The notes: generated from the letters alone by a model not told the origin. 32,000 nucleotides of DNA from Planctopirus limnophila DSM 3776 (GCF_000092105.1 NC_014148.1:4170001-4202000); one strand, 5' to 3'. Shown: positions 16,308 through 25,338, counted from the first letter of the stretch. A program made the numbers and translations.

Positions 16308-18911
16308 CTATTTATTGAGAAACAGGGGGCTTTGGACGAGTGCGTGAATGAGATCGGCAGTGCGGTAGCCGTTTGCCGCCGCCTCATTGAGTATCGACTC
16401 GATCGCCGGTCGATCACTGAATCGAACCGGTGCTCCGGTGGAATAAACGGTGAATTGACCGACGAGATTGCGGGCCAGTTGCCGTTCATCGGCGAGGAGA
16501 AGTTTTTTGAACTGGGTGATGTCCTGGAACGATTCCCCGGTGGCCAATTGACCGCTGGCATCGACGGGCAAAGCTTCCTTGAACTGGAGGGGCTGACCGC
16601 TGCGGGCCAGACCGGCAACGCGGGTCTCTTTCTCGGCCAGAGCGCGGTATCTCGTGCGGAAGCCGCCCGCGATATCGAAGCTTTCCAGGGCGAAGCCCGG
16701 TGGATCAATCTGAGCGTGGCAGCCATTGCACGAGACCTGATTGCGGTGTTTGGCCAGTTGTTCCCGAATGGTGGTGGCACCACGGAGATCAGGTTCGACG
16801 GCGGGAACGGGGGGCGGCTTGGGCGGTGTCTTACCCAGGATGCGATCCATGACCCAGGCCCCGCGAACGACGGGCGAGGTGGTGGTGCCGTTGGCGGTGA
16901 CCGTCAAGATGCTGGCCTGTGTGAGCAGGCCGCCGCGTACCGAATCGGGAGGGAGCATCACCTTCCGCAATGTGGTTCCCTCCATGGCGGGGAGACCGTA
17001 GTGGATGGCGAGTCGTTCGTTGGCGAAGGTGAAATCGGAGTCGATGACATTCCTCACGGGGAGGTTGCCAGTCAGCATCTCTGTGAAGTAGAGCCGGGTT
17101 TCTTCGAGTGCGGAGTCGGTGAGCCAGTCGTCGAGATAGTAGTCGCCGTAAAGGCCTGCATCAGGGGAGTTGTTGAGGATTTTGCGTTGATCGAGCCAGT
17201 AGTCGATGAACGATGTCACGAAGCGATCCCGGCGAGGGTCGTCGAGCAGGCGCTGGGTCTGTTGGCGCAGGACCTGGGGATCGCGTAATCGACCGGTCTT
17301 GGCCACGGCGCGAAGTTCGGCATCGGGTTCGGAGTTGATAAGGAAGTAGGAGAGCCTCGAAGCGAGCGCGAAGTCGTCGAGCGGGCCGGGTTCGCTATGG
17401 CAGGTGGTGAATTCGGGCGAGCAGAGGACCGCCGTATAGCCTGCGATCATCGCCTCGCGAAAGGAGACTCCCAAAGCGAGCTGTTGCTGGATCACGGGGA
17501 GGAAACGGAGCTGTTCCGATTCAGGAACCGGTCGACGGTAGGCCCGCTCGACGAACTGTTTGAGCAGCCGTGTCGCATCGGCCTGGTGATCCGTGGAGAC
17601 GATTTCGACCGATTGACTCTTCTTTTTGCTTCCCGGAGGAAGGCGAATCGGCAGGTCGCCGAAGAGCAATTGATGCCCCCGCGGTGGCCAGATCTCGTGA
17701 ATGGGACCCTCAACCTCCAGCCAGCGATAAACCACTCCGGGTTGCCCGTCGGCCTCCGCCAACGGATTCTGCCAACGTGTTTCGCCGGGGCGCGAGCGGA
17801 AGAAGCGGGAGGCGTCGGGACGGATGGTTTCACCTGCCAGAAGATCGACTTCCAACTCATGAATACCTGCTTCCGGCTGAACGTCGAATGCACCCAGACG
17901 TCGCAACTGCCGAGGTGGCATTTCGGCATAGATGGTCACAGGCTCGGAGCGACGCCCCGCGCTGACATCATCCAGATTGGGAATGAACCATTTGGGCGAC
18001 ATGGCCTTGGGATTTTTGAGATTGTGATTGGAGCCATTTGGCCCAACCCATGCCGAATGGGCCATGATCCGCAACTTGTAGCGGCCCGAAGCGGGAGCAC
18101 GGAACTGGTCAAACTTCGGTTCGACCGGTTCATAGGCCCCCTGCACCAGACCGATCCCTTCGAGTTCCCGCGCCACCGGATCGGCGGCACCGACGGACAT
18201 CGGCTCGGTGCCGTCGCGCACCTTGGGCTGGGCGGTGTATCCCATCACGGGGAATGCGGCCCGCTCCGGGGCGGTGTTGAACTGGCTGAAGGTCATCTTG
18301 CGGGCGAATGAACTCTGTTCACGCGCATAATACTTCCGGATGGGCACCTCGGGGGACTGCGGTCGTTCGACCACAACGCCGTTTAGGGCCCGATCAGCGG
18401 CTTCCAGATAGCGGGCCATCTGCACGTGGGAGACATCCAGCGCATCACCGACTTTGTTGTAGCCATGCGCGACGGCATCCTCGGGAAGGATCGAGCGAAT
18501 CGGCAGCCACGGGGCGTCCAGCAGATCTCGCAATGTGTTCTCGAACTCGATGCGGTTGAGGCGCCGACGGGTGGCACGGCCCTGGGCTTTGGTTTGCCGC
18601 TCTTCCTCGGTGGTGATCGCCTCGTTGATGACGCGGAGCAGCGCGGTGCGATCCGACGGTGTGATCGGATCGCCATCCTTGGGTGGCATTTCGCCCGATT
18701 GAACGCGGTCATGAATCCGCACCCAGACTTCGGCATTCCGTGGATCGGTCGGATGGAGTGGCAAAGCGGAGAGATTCAGCTGACCCGAAGGACTCGTCGC
18801 ATCATGGCAGGCGAGGCAATTGGTCTTGAGCAGGGCCGTCAAATCCTCTGCACCCCGCGCGGAGGGCGCGAGAAACAATCCGGCAACGAGGACAAAGACC
18901 CTCAGCATCAC
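16308..18911 (-). CDS. Planctomycete cytochrome-c multidomain protein of the DUF1587/DUF1592/DUF1595/DUF1588/DUF1585 family
   Basis: Signal peptide plus an N-terminal CxxCH (CLACH) followed by GEMPP. The C-terminal haem-like motif CNGCHAQIDPPGFALESFD is the DUF1588 hallmark. It lies 44 nt upstream of the DUF1501 partner on the same strand, which is the usual pairing. Confidence 0.85.
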   Translation of the reverse strand: MMLRVFVLVAGLFLAPSARGAEDLTALLKTNCLACHDATSPSGQLNLSALPLHPTDPRNAEVWVRIHDRVQSGEMPPKDGDPITPSDRTALLRVINEAITTEEERQTKAQGRATRRRLNRIEFENTLRDLLDAPWLPIRSILPEDAVAHGYNKVGDALDVSHVQMARYLEAADRALNGVVVERPQSPEVPIRKYYAREQSSFARKMTFSQFNTAPERAAFPVMGYTAQPKVRDGTEPMSVGAADPVARELEGIGLVQGAYEPVEPKFDQFRAPASGRYKLRIMAHSAWVGPNGSNHNLKNPKAMSPKWFIPNLDDVSAGRRSEPVTIYAEMPPRQLRRLGAFDVQPEAGIHELEVDLLAGETIRPDASRFFRSRPGETRWQNPLAEADGQPGVVYRWLEVEGPIHEIWPPRGHQLLFGDLPIRLPPGSKKKSQSVEIVSTDHQADATRLLKQFVERAYRRPVPESEQLRFLPVIQQQLALGVSFREAMIAGYTAVLCSPEFTTCHSEPGPLDDFALASRLSYFLINSEPDAELRAVAKTGRLRDPQVLRQQTQRLLDDPRRDRFVTSFIDYWLDQRKILNNSPDAGLYGDYYLDDWLTDSALEETRLYFTEMLTGNLPVRNVIDSDFTFANERLAIHYGLPAMEGTTLRKVMLPPDSVRGGLLTQASILTVTANGTTTSPVVRGAWVMDRILGKTPPKPPPVPAVEPDLRGATTIREQLAKHRNQVSCNGCHAQIDPPGFALESFDIAGGFRTRYRALAEKETRVAGLARSGQPLQFKEALPVDASGQLATGESFQDITQFKKLLLADERQLARNLVGQFTVYSTGAPVRFSDRPAIESILNEAAANGYRTADLIHALVQSPLFLNK

Positions 18912-19059
18912 AAAACCTCAACATGGGCCAGATCGACATTTTCTGGCCAATACAATGTGAACACACTGATAAGCATACATTAATGTAATGTATGGCATGG
19001 GGAATTGCGATGGGATTGTGCCATGCGGGGATGGGGAGGATGAATCGGATTCTTAACCG

Positions 19060-19082
19060 GTAGGGTGCGCTCTGCGGACCAT
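19060..19082. repeat. REP-like palindromic unit, left arm of an inverted pair
   Basis: GTAGGGTGCGCTCTGCGGACCAT. Its reverse complement matches 19138..19160 at 21 of 23 positions. Confidence 0.7.
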
Positions 19083-19137
19083 GTTCGACCTGCCCTGTCG
19101 ATGTAATTCGAGAATCTCAGGCAAAAAAGCACGCAAT

Positions 19138-19160
19138 ATGGTCCGCACAGCGGACCCTAC
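19138..19160. repeat. REP-like palindromic unit, right arm of an inverted pair
   Basis: ATGGTCCGCACAGCGGACCCTAC contains a perfect internal hairpin GGTCCGC-ACA-GCGGACC. It overlaps the stop codon of the UvrA-like CDS. Confidence 0.7.
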
Positions 19161-21853
19161 GGGATTGAGTCGCGGCGCAGGGCTTGACCAGTCAGGCTGG
19201 CTGGGTTCTGGCGAAGATCATGCTGGTTGCCCCAGGCCACGAGTTGTCCTCCTTGTTGTCCGGCACCTGGGCCCAGGTCGAGAATCTGATGGGCAGCCCG
19301 GATGACATCCAGGTGATGTTCGACCACCAGCAGCAGATGACCCGCCGCCACCAGCCGGTCAAAAACCTTCAGCAAGGCCTTCACGTCTGCAGGATGCAAT
19401 CCGGTGGTTGGTTCATCGAGAGCAAAGCAGCGCTGGCCTTGAAAATCGGGGCGTGCGAGATAGCTGGCCAGGCGGATTCGCTGAGCTTCACCAGTTGAGA
19501 CCGTGCGCATGGGCTGGCCCAGTTTCAAATAGCCTAATCCCAGTTCACAAAACAGATGCAACGGACGGGCCAGCCGCTCAAAGTTCGCAAAGAACTCGGC
19601 GGCTTCAGAGAACTCCATGCGTAATACGTCACCCAGCGATTTCCCACGAAAACGAATCGCGAGTGTGGCCGGGTTGAATCGATCTCCCGCGCAGGTTTCG
19701 CAAGTCGTTTTCCAATCGGGGAGAAAATCGGCCTCCAAGGTCACTTCACCCTGGCCCAGACACACCGGGCAGCGGGCCTCGGGGTGCCAGGGGCTGAAGC
19801 GTGCGGGGGTAAAGCCTCTCAGTTTGGCATCTTTCGTCGCAGCGTAGATTTTACGCACCAGATCCCACAGACCGGCGACTGTCATCGGGAATGATTTCCA
19901 GCCACGACCGACAGGTGATTGACCAATCGTGACGACCTCGATCAGTTCGTCAGGAATCGTGGCCATCAAACTGCGATCGCCACTGGCGAGAGTTTTTGAA
20001 CCGGGCCGCTGATGTCGAGCATTCAACGCCTGCTGAAGTGCAGGCAAGATCCCTTCCATCAGCCAGGTGGTTTTTCCCGAGCCGGAAACTCCGGTGAAAC
20101 ATACGACTTGCCCCATCCCCAGTTTAAGTGCCGGAACATGCACATTTCGCACCCGTATGGGCGGTATCGTGATGAATCCCGCGTCACAACTACCGAGGAT
20201 AATCGACTCAGGCAAAGCTTTGTTAATCGACGATTGATCGTGCTGTCGATCATCAGGTGAGTCAGTCGCCCGGATGAGTTGACGACATCCCTTCAGCCAT
20301 GGGCCAATCACCGATTCGGGAGCTTCCGCAGTGGCTCGCGGCGTACCGGCTGTCACGAGTTTTCCCCCGAGATGGCCAGCTCCGGGGCCAAGTTCCACCA
20401 GCCAGTCCGCCCCTTGCAACAGATCGACTTCGTGCTCGACAACGACAACCGTGTTGCCGACATCCCGCAGAGCGTTCAAAGCGTTTTTAACACGATACAG
20501 ATCGGCACGATGCAACCCGCTGGAGGGCTCATCCAGCACAAAGCAATAGCCCTTCCGCTGACTGGCAATCAATGTCGCCAATCGACTGCGGGTCAGTTCT
20601 CCTCCCGATAAGGTCTGTGCTGATCGATCCAGTGTGAGATAGCCCAATCCCAGCCGCTGGAGTCCATCGAGCCGGCGGATGATTTCGGGGATCAGGTTCT
20701 GCCGGAGCAGCCCCTGATGAGTTGACCTTCTTTCCGGAAGAGCTTCCTGTTGCCATGCCGTTTCGATCTGCCGCATGGCCTTCAAGGCATCATCCACATT
20801 GAGCTTTAACCAGTCGGGAAGAATTCGCTTTTCCCAGAAAGTATGCCGGGCGACTTCCCCCAGTCGGCTCCCCTGGCACTCTGCACATTTCTCGGACGAC
20901 ACCACTTGAGCAACAGCTCGCTGGGACTGGGCCTTGGAGGCCGACTTTTGCTGTCGTTTGGGTTTGGGTGATTCTTCGGCCAGGCAAACTCCCAAAGCCA
21001 GGCAGGCAGGGCAGGCACCGGCAGCACTGAAGTGGCTGAAGGTACGTAACTGTGGATCAGCAAACGAGCGATGACAGGGACCGCAAAAACGGATGGTCGC
21101 ATAGTGACGATCCGGGGCACCATCGATCGTGACCAGACAACAGCCGTGCCCCAGACGCAGAGCCACATCGAGCGACTCGGCCAGTCGACTACGGATTCCG
21201 TCCTTGATGATCACTCGATCGACCACGGCTTCAATCACCGGCCGAGGGGCATCTTCAGGCAATACAAAGACATCTGAAGTATCGATCAGTTTCCCATTGA
21301 TCCTGGCTCTGACAAAGCCTGACTGTGCAATCTGCCGGAGTCGATCCTGAGGCGAGATGCCAGGGTCATCATCGACTTTTGCCAGCAGTTGGAGTTTCGT
21401 TCGCTCGGGCAAAGCCACCAGGTCATCGAGGATTTCATCGTGTGTCGACTGCTCGACAATCGACTGGCACGATGGGCAGTGCAGTACACCGGCTCGAAAA
21501 TAGACCACTCGCAGAAGATCATGAATCTCCGTGAGAGTGGCTAAGGTCGCCCGCGGACCTACCGATAACGTGCGGGAATCGAGACAGATCGTCGGTGGCA
21601 AGCCTTGAATTTCATCCACATCGGCCCACGACTGCCTGCGAAGTTGTCTACGAATCTGAGGATTCAATGTCTCCAGATATCGCCGTTGTCCTTCGACAAA
21701 CAAAGTATCCAGGGCCAGCGATGTCTTGCCGGAACCACTGATCCCGGTGACTCCCACAAGTTTTCCCAGTGGAAGATCGAGAGTGAGATTCTGCAGGTTG
21801 TGGGTGCGGGCACCACGAATTCGAATCGTGCCGACGTTCTCAGTTTCCTCCAT
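19157..21853 (-). CDS. UvrA-like ABC ATPase (divergent excinuclease ABC subunit A paralogue)
   Basis: N-terminus IRIRGARTHNLQNLTLDLPLGKLVGVTGISGSGKTSLALDTLFVEGQRRY. Two ABC modules are present: Walker A GISGSGKT and GVSGSGKT; signatures LSGGELTRSRL and VSTGEAQRIRL; Walker B CFVLDEPSSGLH and CFALDEPTTGLH. There are several CxxC zinc motifs (CPSCQ, CGPCH, CPAC, CAECQG, CPVCLGQG...CETCAGDRF). The track start at 21865 is a TTG; I use the ATG at 21853. Confidence 0.85.
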   Translation of the reverse strand: MEETENVGTIRIRGARTHNLQNLTLDLPLGKLVGVTGISGSGKTSLALDTLFVEGQRRYLETLNPQIRRQLRRQSWADVDEIQGLPPTICLDSRTLSVGPRATLATLTEIHDLLRVVYFRAGVLHCPSCQSIVEQSTHDEILDDLVALPERTKLQLLAKVDDDPGISPQDRLRQIAQSGFVRARINGKLIDTSDVFVLPEDAPRPVIEAVVDRVIIKDGIRSRLAESLDVALRLGHGCCLVTIDGAPDRHYATIRFCGPCHRSFADPQLRTFSHFSAAGACPACLALGVCLAEESPKPKRQQKSASKAQSQRAVAQVVSSEKCAECQGSRLGEVARHTFWEKRILPDWLKLNVDDALKAMRQIETAWQQEALPERRSTHQGLLRQNLIPEIIRRLDGLQRLGLGYLTLDRSAQTLSGGELTRSRLATLIASQRKGYCFVLDEPSSGLHRADLYRVKNALNALRDVGNTVVVVEHEVDLLQGADWLVELGPGAGHLGGKLVTAGTPRATAEAPESVIGPWLKGCRQLIRATDSPDDRQHDQSSINKALPESIILGSCDAGFITIPPIRVRNVHVPALKLGMGQVVCFTGVSGSGKTTWLMEGILPALQQALNARHQRPGSKTLASGDRSLMATIPDELIEVVTIGQSPVGRGWKSFPMTVAGLWDLVRKIYAATKDAKLRGFTPARFSPWHPEARCPVCLGQGEVTLEADFLPDWKTTCETCAGDRFNPATLAIRFRGKSLGDVLRMEFSEAAEFFANFERLARPLHLFCELGLGYLKLGQPMRTVSTGEAQRIRLASYLARPDFQGQRCFALDEPTTGLHPADVKALLKVFDRLVAAGHLLLVVEHHLDVIRAAHQILDLGPGAGQQGGQLVAWGNQHDLRQNPASLTGQALRRDSIP

Positions 21854-21902
21854 GGTCTCTCGCAAGTCCGGTCATCATGAGGTCGATCAAACAGGTGTCA
21901 AA

Positions 21903-24848
21903 TCAGTCGTTGGTTTCAAAGACCGGCAACAACAGGTTATCCACCGGGGCATGATCATCAGTCAGGATCAAGCCGCGCGCAAGCCCCAGGAGCGACTCCA
22001 TCTGGCCCGTCGTCTTGACGGTCTCATCAACTTTTGACGAAGTCGCAAAGGGGAGGCCCGTCCAGTGATCGGACGCCTCGAGTTGTGCCCAGTCGATAGG
22101 AGTTTTTGAAGCAGCAATCACGAAAGTATCTCGATTATCATTCGGGCTTCCCGCTTCACTGCTGAACACTGCCACATGGGGAAAGACCTGATGCAAGGTC
22201 GCGACAAACGCTGCCAGAAAGCGGCCTGAAGCCAGATTTTCCGAACGCTTTGCCAGACCTTCCAGCCCCTGTTTCCAGGCAGCATTCTCGGGATCGAGCG
22301 ACAGCAGACGTTGTTTTAGGTCTCGTGTCAGAGCTCCCCGGACTGCTAGAGAATATCCCGTCCCGACACGTCGAATCTCGACAAACTCAAAAGGTGCCGG
22401 TGCCGGCGTCCATTCGTCATCCAGCAGCAATGAGGGGATGAGGATCGCGGGGAGTTCGAATGGGAGCCTGGGTGGCTGACGGCTTTTCTTTGCCAGTTCA
22501 GTGACGGCATTTTTCCATGCCGGTGAGGCGCTGCTTAACGATTTCAATCGGTTCTCGACAGCAGCAGGCATCTCTCCTCGAAAGCGTAAAGAGAAGATGC
22601 GCGTGCCGTGTCGATGGAGCGAAAACCCTGGAAAGCCTGGTGTATCGATCCATCCACTATTGTTCCATTCATTCCAGCCGGCAAAGGGAGGCTCACCATC
22701 GAAGGTCACCTGCTGCTCTTCGTCTTGAATACGTGGCCAGGCAGTTCGCGGATAGACATCGATCACGTTGACAAGGTAAGCCCCTTCCGGCGAAAGCAAC
22801 TGGTGAATCTTCTCGGCGAACTCCTTCGTCGTGAGATGCCAGGGAACACTGAAATCATTGAAGGCATCACCATAGGCAAAGTCGTAGGCGATCTTTCCTT
22901 GCTGGTTCGATTCCCGCAGGAGGTCATCCACGACATTCCGGGCATCACCAATGCGGGAATGAACGCGTGTGGCCGGTGGTTTGGCCAGGCCCATTTCACT
23001 TTCCACAGCCGCCAGTACGGCTGGGTCGAGTTCAGCCACATCAATGCGTTCGCTCCCTGGGAACTGACTTTCAATCCAGCGGGGAAAGATATATCCCCCT
23101 CCCCCAATAAACAGCGAGCTGGCCTTTCTCGATTTCTTGCGAAGTTCGTCAATCGCATCGATCCAGGGCATGGATGGGCTGGTGGCCAGTGCCAGCCTGC
23201 GGGACTTTTCATCCAAAGGCTTCCAGACACTCAGCATTTCGAGTGTGCGGTCGTAACGCAGAATCTCATTGATTTCCTGAGGGATCCTGAAGTTTTCCGG
23301 CAACTCAGTCACAGCGACTGAAGAAAACCCTCCCCAGTCGGCTCTGGTTGAAAGATCTGACAGCTCATTCACAGCCGCAATATAAGCACCATCCGGGGCC
23401 AGCTTCAGTAGCGCTGACCAATCGACAATCGCTCGTGGCTTGAGCGAAATGGACTGCCGATCCGGGTTCCAGGAAAGACCTGCAGGAAGCTGAGCCACCA
23501 CCTGCTCTCGGCCCGGGAAATTCGCGACCTGAATTTCGATATCGGTTTCGGAAGAACCAGCGAGCATTTCCGTAATGGCTGCATAGACCTTCTCATAATC
23601 ATAGTCGAGACGGTTCGGATCAGCCGGGTCATAGTAACTATGGATCAGCTTGTCGAGCTTTAACAGCTTGATAGGCCGACCATCCTCGCTGTAATCTTCT
23701 GAGACGTTGATATATGAGTAGGAGCTTTCGTCGTGATATTCGCCTTGCCGGTCATCTCGTAAGGCAAGTGAAAGTCCCAGATCGTGCACCTGGCGGCCAA
23801 TCGTTTCGCCATAGGTTCGCCAGCGTGAAGTGCGGGCATCTGTTGTCTGTGGATCTTCCCAGACCCCCACCATACGTGCCGAGAAACCAGCTGCTGAAGC
23901 GACGCTGGTTTCTGTGAATGTCGCCAATCCCCATGTCAGAGCCAGCAGCTGGCACCAGCCCAGAGCCACACCTGTGCGAAAGACTTTATTTTTCGAGGCG
24001 ATGATCAAAGCCATGGCTGCCAACGTCATCGCAACTAGCCCGACAATAGCCCGTGTCCCAAACTGATCAATGAGATAAAAGCCGGTGAGGAATGTCCCGA
24101 CAATCGAGCCCAGAGCACCCCAGGCATAGACATTGCCCATGGTGATCCCTGTGCGCGACGATGAAGCGACCGCCAGGCTGGCCACAATGGGAGAAATTGT
24201 CCCCATGGCACAGGCGGGCAGAAAGAAAATCAGCGAGACGGTCATCAGCACCCACAGGGGCCACGAAATTGATGCGGGTCGGGTAAAGGAGGGAATCAGT
24301 TGATCCAGCCATAAGACCGACCAGCAGGTGATACTCGAAATAAGAAACGTCCAGGCGAGAGAGCGACGAGGACGGGGAAGATCGGCCAGATAGCCACCGA
24401 TGTAGTTACCCACTGTAATGCCCGCCAGCACAACGCCAATGACCGACGTCCAGGTATAGAGCGAGTTGCCGACATGCTTGCCAATCAACCGGGAGGCAGT
24501 CAGTTCAAGCGTCATAATGCAGACACTGGTGACAAACACAATCGCATTGAAACCGATGAGTGCCGAGACTTCATGACTGGCCAGCTTCTGTAATGGCTGC
24601 ATGAAATCTGTGCTTGCGTTTTTCACTCGCGACTTTTGCGGTCGCTTAGGAGCCTCTTCAACAGGTGCCAAAGCCCGGACTGGAACAACCGGCTCGCTCC
24701 AGCGGGCTGGTGGATCTGAGAGGCGATAAGTCTCGGCTGTAGAAAGTTCGGAGGATTGGCCAAATGGAGTGGGAAGATTATCTCCCGGACCATTGTCGGC
24801 ATCGGAGCTTTCGGAAGGGCCAGTCAATTCACGATCTCCTCTGGACAA
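21903..24848 (-). CDS. Fused polytopic membrane / spermidine-synthase-like (SAM-dependent methyltransferase fold) protein with a long repeat-containing C-terminal region
   Basis: About 7 TM helices (residues ~95-310). The Rossmann-type core is SSLFIGGGGYIFPRWI...IDVAELDP...IGDARNVV...YDFAYGDAFNDFSVPWHLTTKEFAEKIHQLLSPEGAYLVNV. The start is uncertain: the track uses the TTG at 24848, and the first ATG is at 24602 (MQPLQKLASHEVSALIGF...). Confidence 0.75.
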   Translation of the reverse strand: MSRGDRELTGPSESSDADNGPGDNLPTPFGQSSELSTAETYRLSDPPARWSEPVVPVRALAPVEEAPKRPQKSRVKNASTDFMQPLQKLASHEVSALIGFNAIVFVTSVCIMTLELTASRLIGKHVGNSLYTWTSVIGVVLAGITVGNYIGGYLADLPRPRRSLAWTFLISSITCWSVLWLDQLIPSFTRPASISWPLWVLMTVSLIFFLPACAMGTISPIVASLAVASSSRTGITMGNVYAWGALGSIVGTFLTGFYLIDQFGTRAIVGLVAMTLAAMALIIASKNKVFRTGVALGWCQLLALTWGLATFTETSVASAAGFSARMVGVWEDPQTTDARTSRWRTYGETIGRQVHDLGLSLALRDDRQGEYHDESSYSYINVSEDYSEDGRPIKLLKLDKLIHSYYDPADPNRLDYDYEKVYAAITEMLAGSSETDIEIQVANFPGREQVVAQLPAGLSWNPDRQSISLKPRAIVDWSALLKLAPDGAYIAAVNELSDLSTRADWGGFSSVAVTELPENFRIPQEINEILRYDRTLEMLSVWKPLDEKSRRLALATSPSMPWIDAIDELRKKSRKASSLFIGGGGYIFPRWIESQFPGSERIDVAELDPAVLAAVESEMGLAKPPATRVHSRIGDARNVVDDLLRESNQQGKIAYDFAYGDAFNDFSVPWHLTTKEFAEKIHQLLSPEGAYLVNVIDVYPRTAWPRIQDEEQQVTFDGEPPFAGWNEWNNSGWIDTPGFPGFSLHRHGTRIFSLRFRGEMPAAVENRLKSLSSASPAWKNAVTELAKKSRQPPRLPFELPAILIPSLLLDDEWTPAPAPFEFVEIRRVGTGYSLAVRGALTRDLKQRLLSLDPENAAWKQGLEGLAKRSENLASGRFLAAFVATLHQVFPHVAVFSSEAGSPNDNRDTFVIAASKTPIDWAQLEASDHWTGLPFATSSKVDETVKTTGQMESLLGLARGLILTDDHAPVDNLLLPVFETND

Positions 24849-25192
24849 AATCTGGCTGGCAGCTCGGGAAGAAACGGACTGCTATGACTCTGCAAAATCA
24901 CAAGCTCAATCGTAACACAACGGAATCGTAACGAAGCAGAAAATGAGGTTCGTGAAAACGTCCGCTGAAAATCGGCTCTACATGACAGCCCGCCTTCATC
25001 AAGTCTTCATCGACAGTTTTCACTCTATAGCAGCCGAGAATCGGTGAACAGATTCAGAGGCGGTCTTTCGCTGTCTTCATGCAGGAAAGTCCTGAGGGAA
25101 ATCAGTCGTGCAGAATTCATTTCTGGATATCACGAGATGTCTGGAGGAATTTCTTGTTCGGATTCCAGTATTCAACTGCGTTCCTTGGTATG

Positions 25193-25280
25193 GGGTGGCT
25201 GGGGTTGAGCGTCCTCGCGAACCCCCAGATAGTGCCGAAAATCGCTGGGGGGTCGAAGACTCAACCCCAGCCACCCGCCG
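25193..25280. repeat. Inverted pair of the 38-nt hairpin element
   Basis: gggtggctggggttgag (25193-25209) is the exact reverse complement of ctcaaccccagccaccc (25260-25276). The right copy (25243-25280) is near-identical to 2914-2951. Confidence 0.8.
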
Positions 25281-25338
25281 CGCAGTTGTTTCTTGGAATC
25301 TGTATTGTTCGACCAGGCTTTCCACTTCGTTTGTTCCA

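Noticed and set aside
15007-18311. Long plus-strand ORFs (15007..16347, 446 aa; 16332..17288, 318 aa; 17397..18311, 304 aa) antisense to the DUF1501 and DUF1592-family genes
   Set aside because: They lie fully within well-supported minus-strand genes. Their products are Gly/Arg/Ala-rich with no recognisable motifs, which is typical of shadow ORFs in GC-rich DNA.
22608-23321. Plus-strand ORF of 237 aa antisense to the spermidine-synthase-like gene. Similar shadow ORFs occur at 25740..26597 and 28197..28952
   Set aside because: They are embedded in longer motif-bearing genes on the other strand or frame and have no motifs of their own.
25108-25338. N-terminal extension of the TPR membrane protein from the GTG at 25108
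   Set aside because: The extension is the translation of the inverted repeat pair and contains the same artefactual peptide (GGSKTQPQPP-like, in another frame) seen at the other repeat locus. The hydrophobic protein body starts after the ATG at 25339 or 25375.
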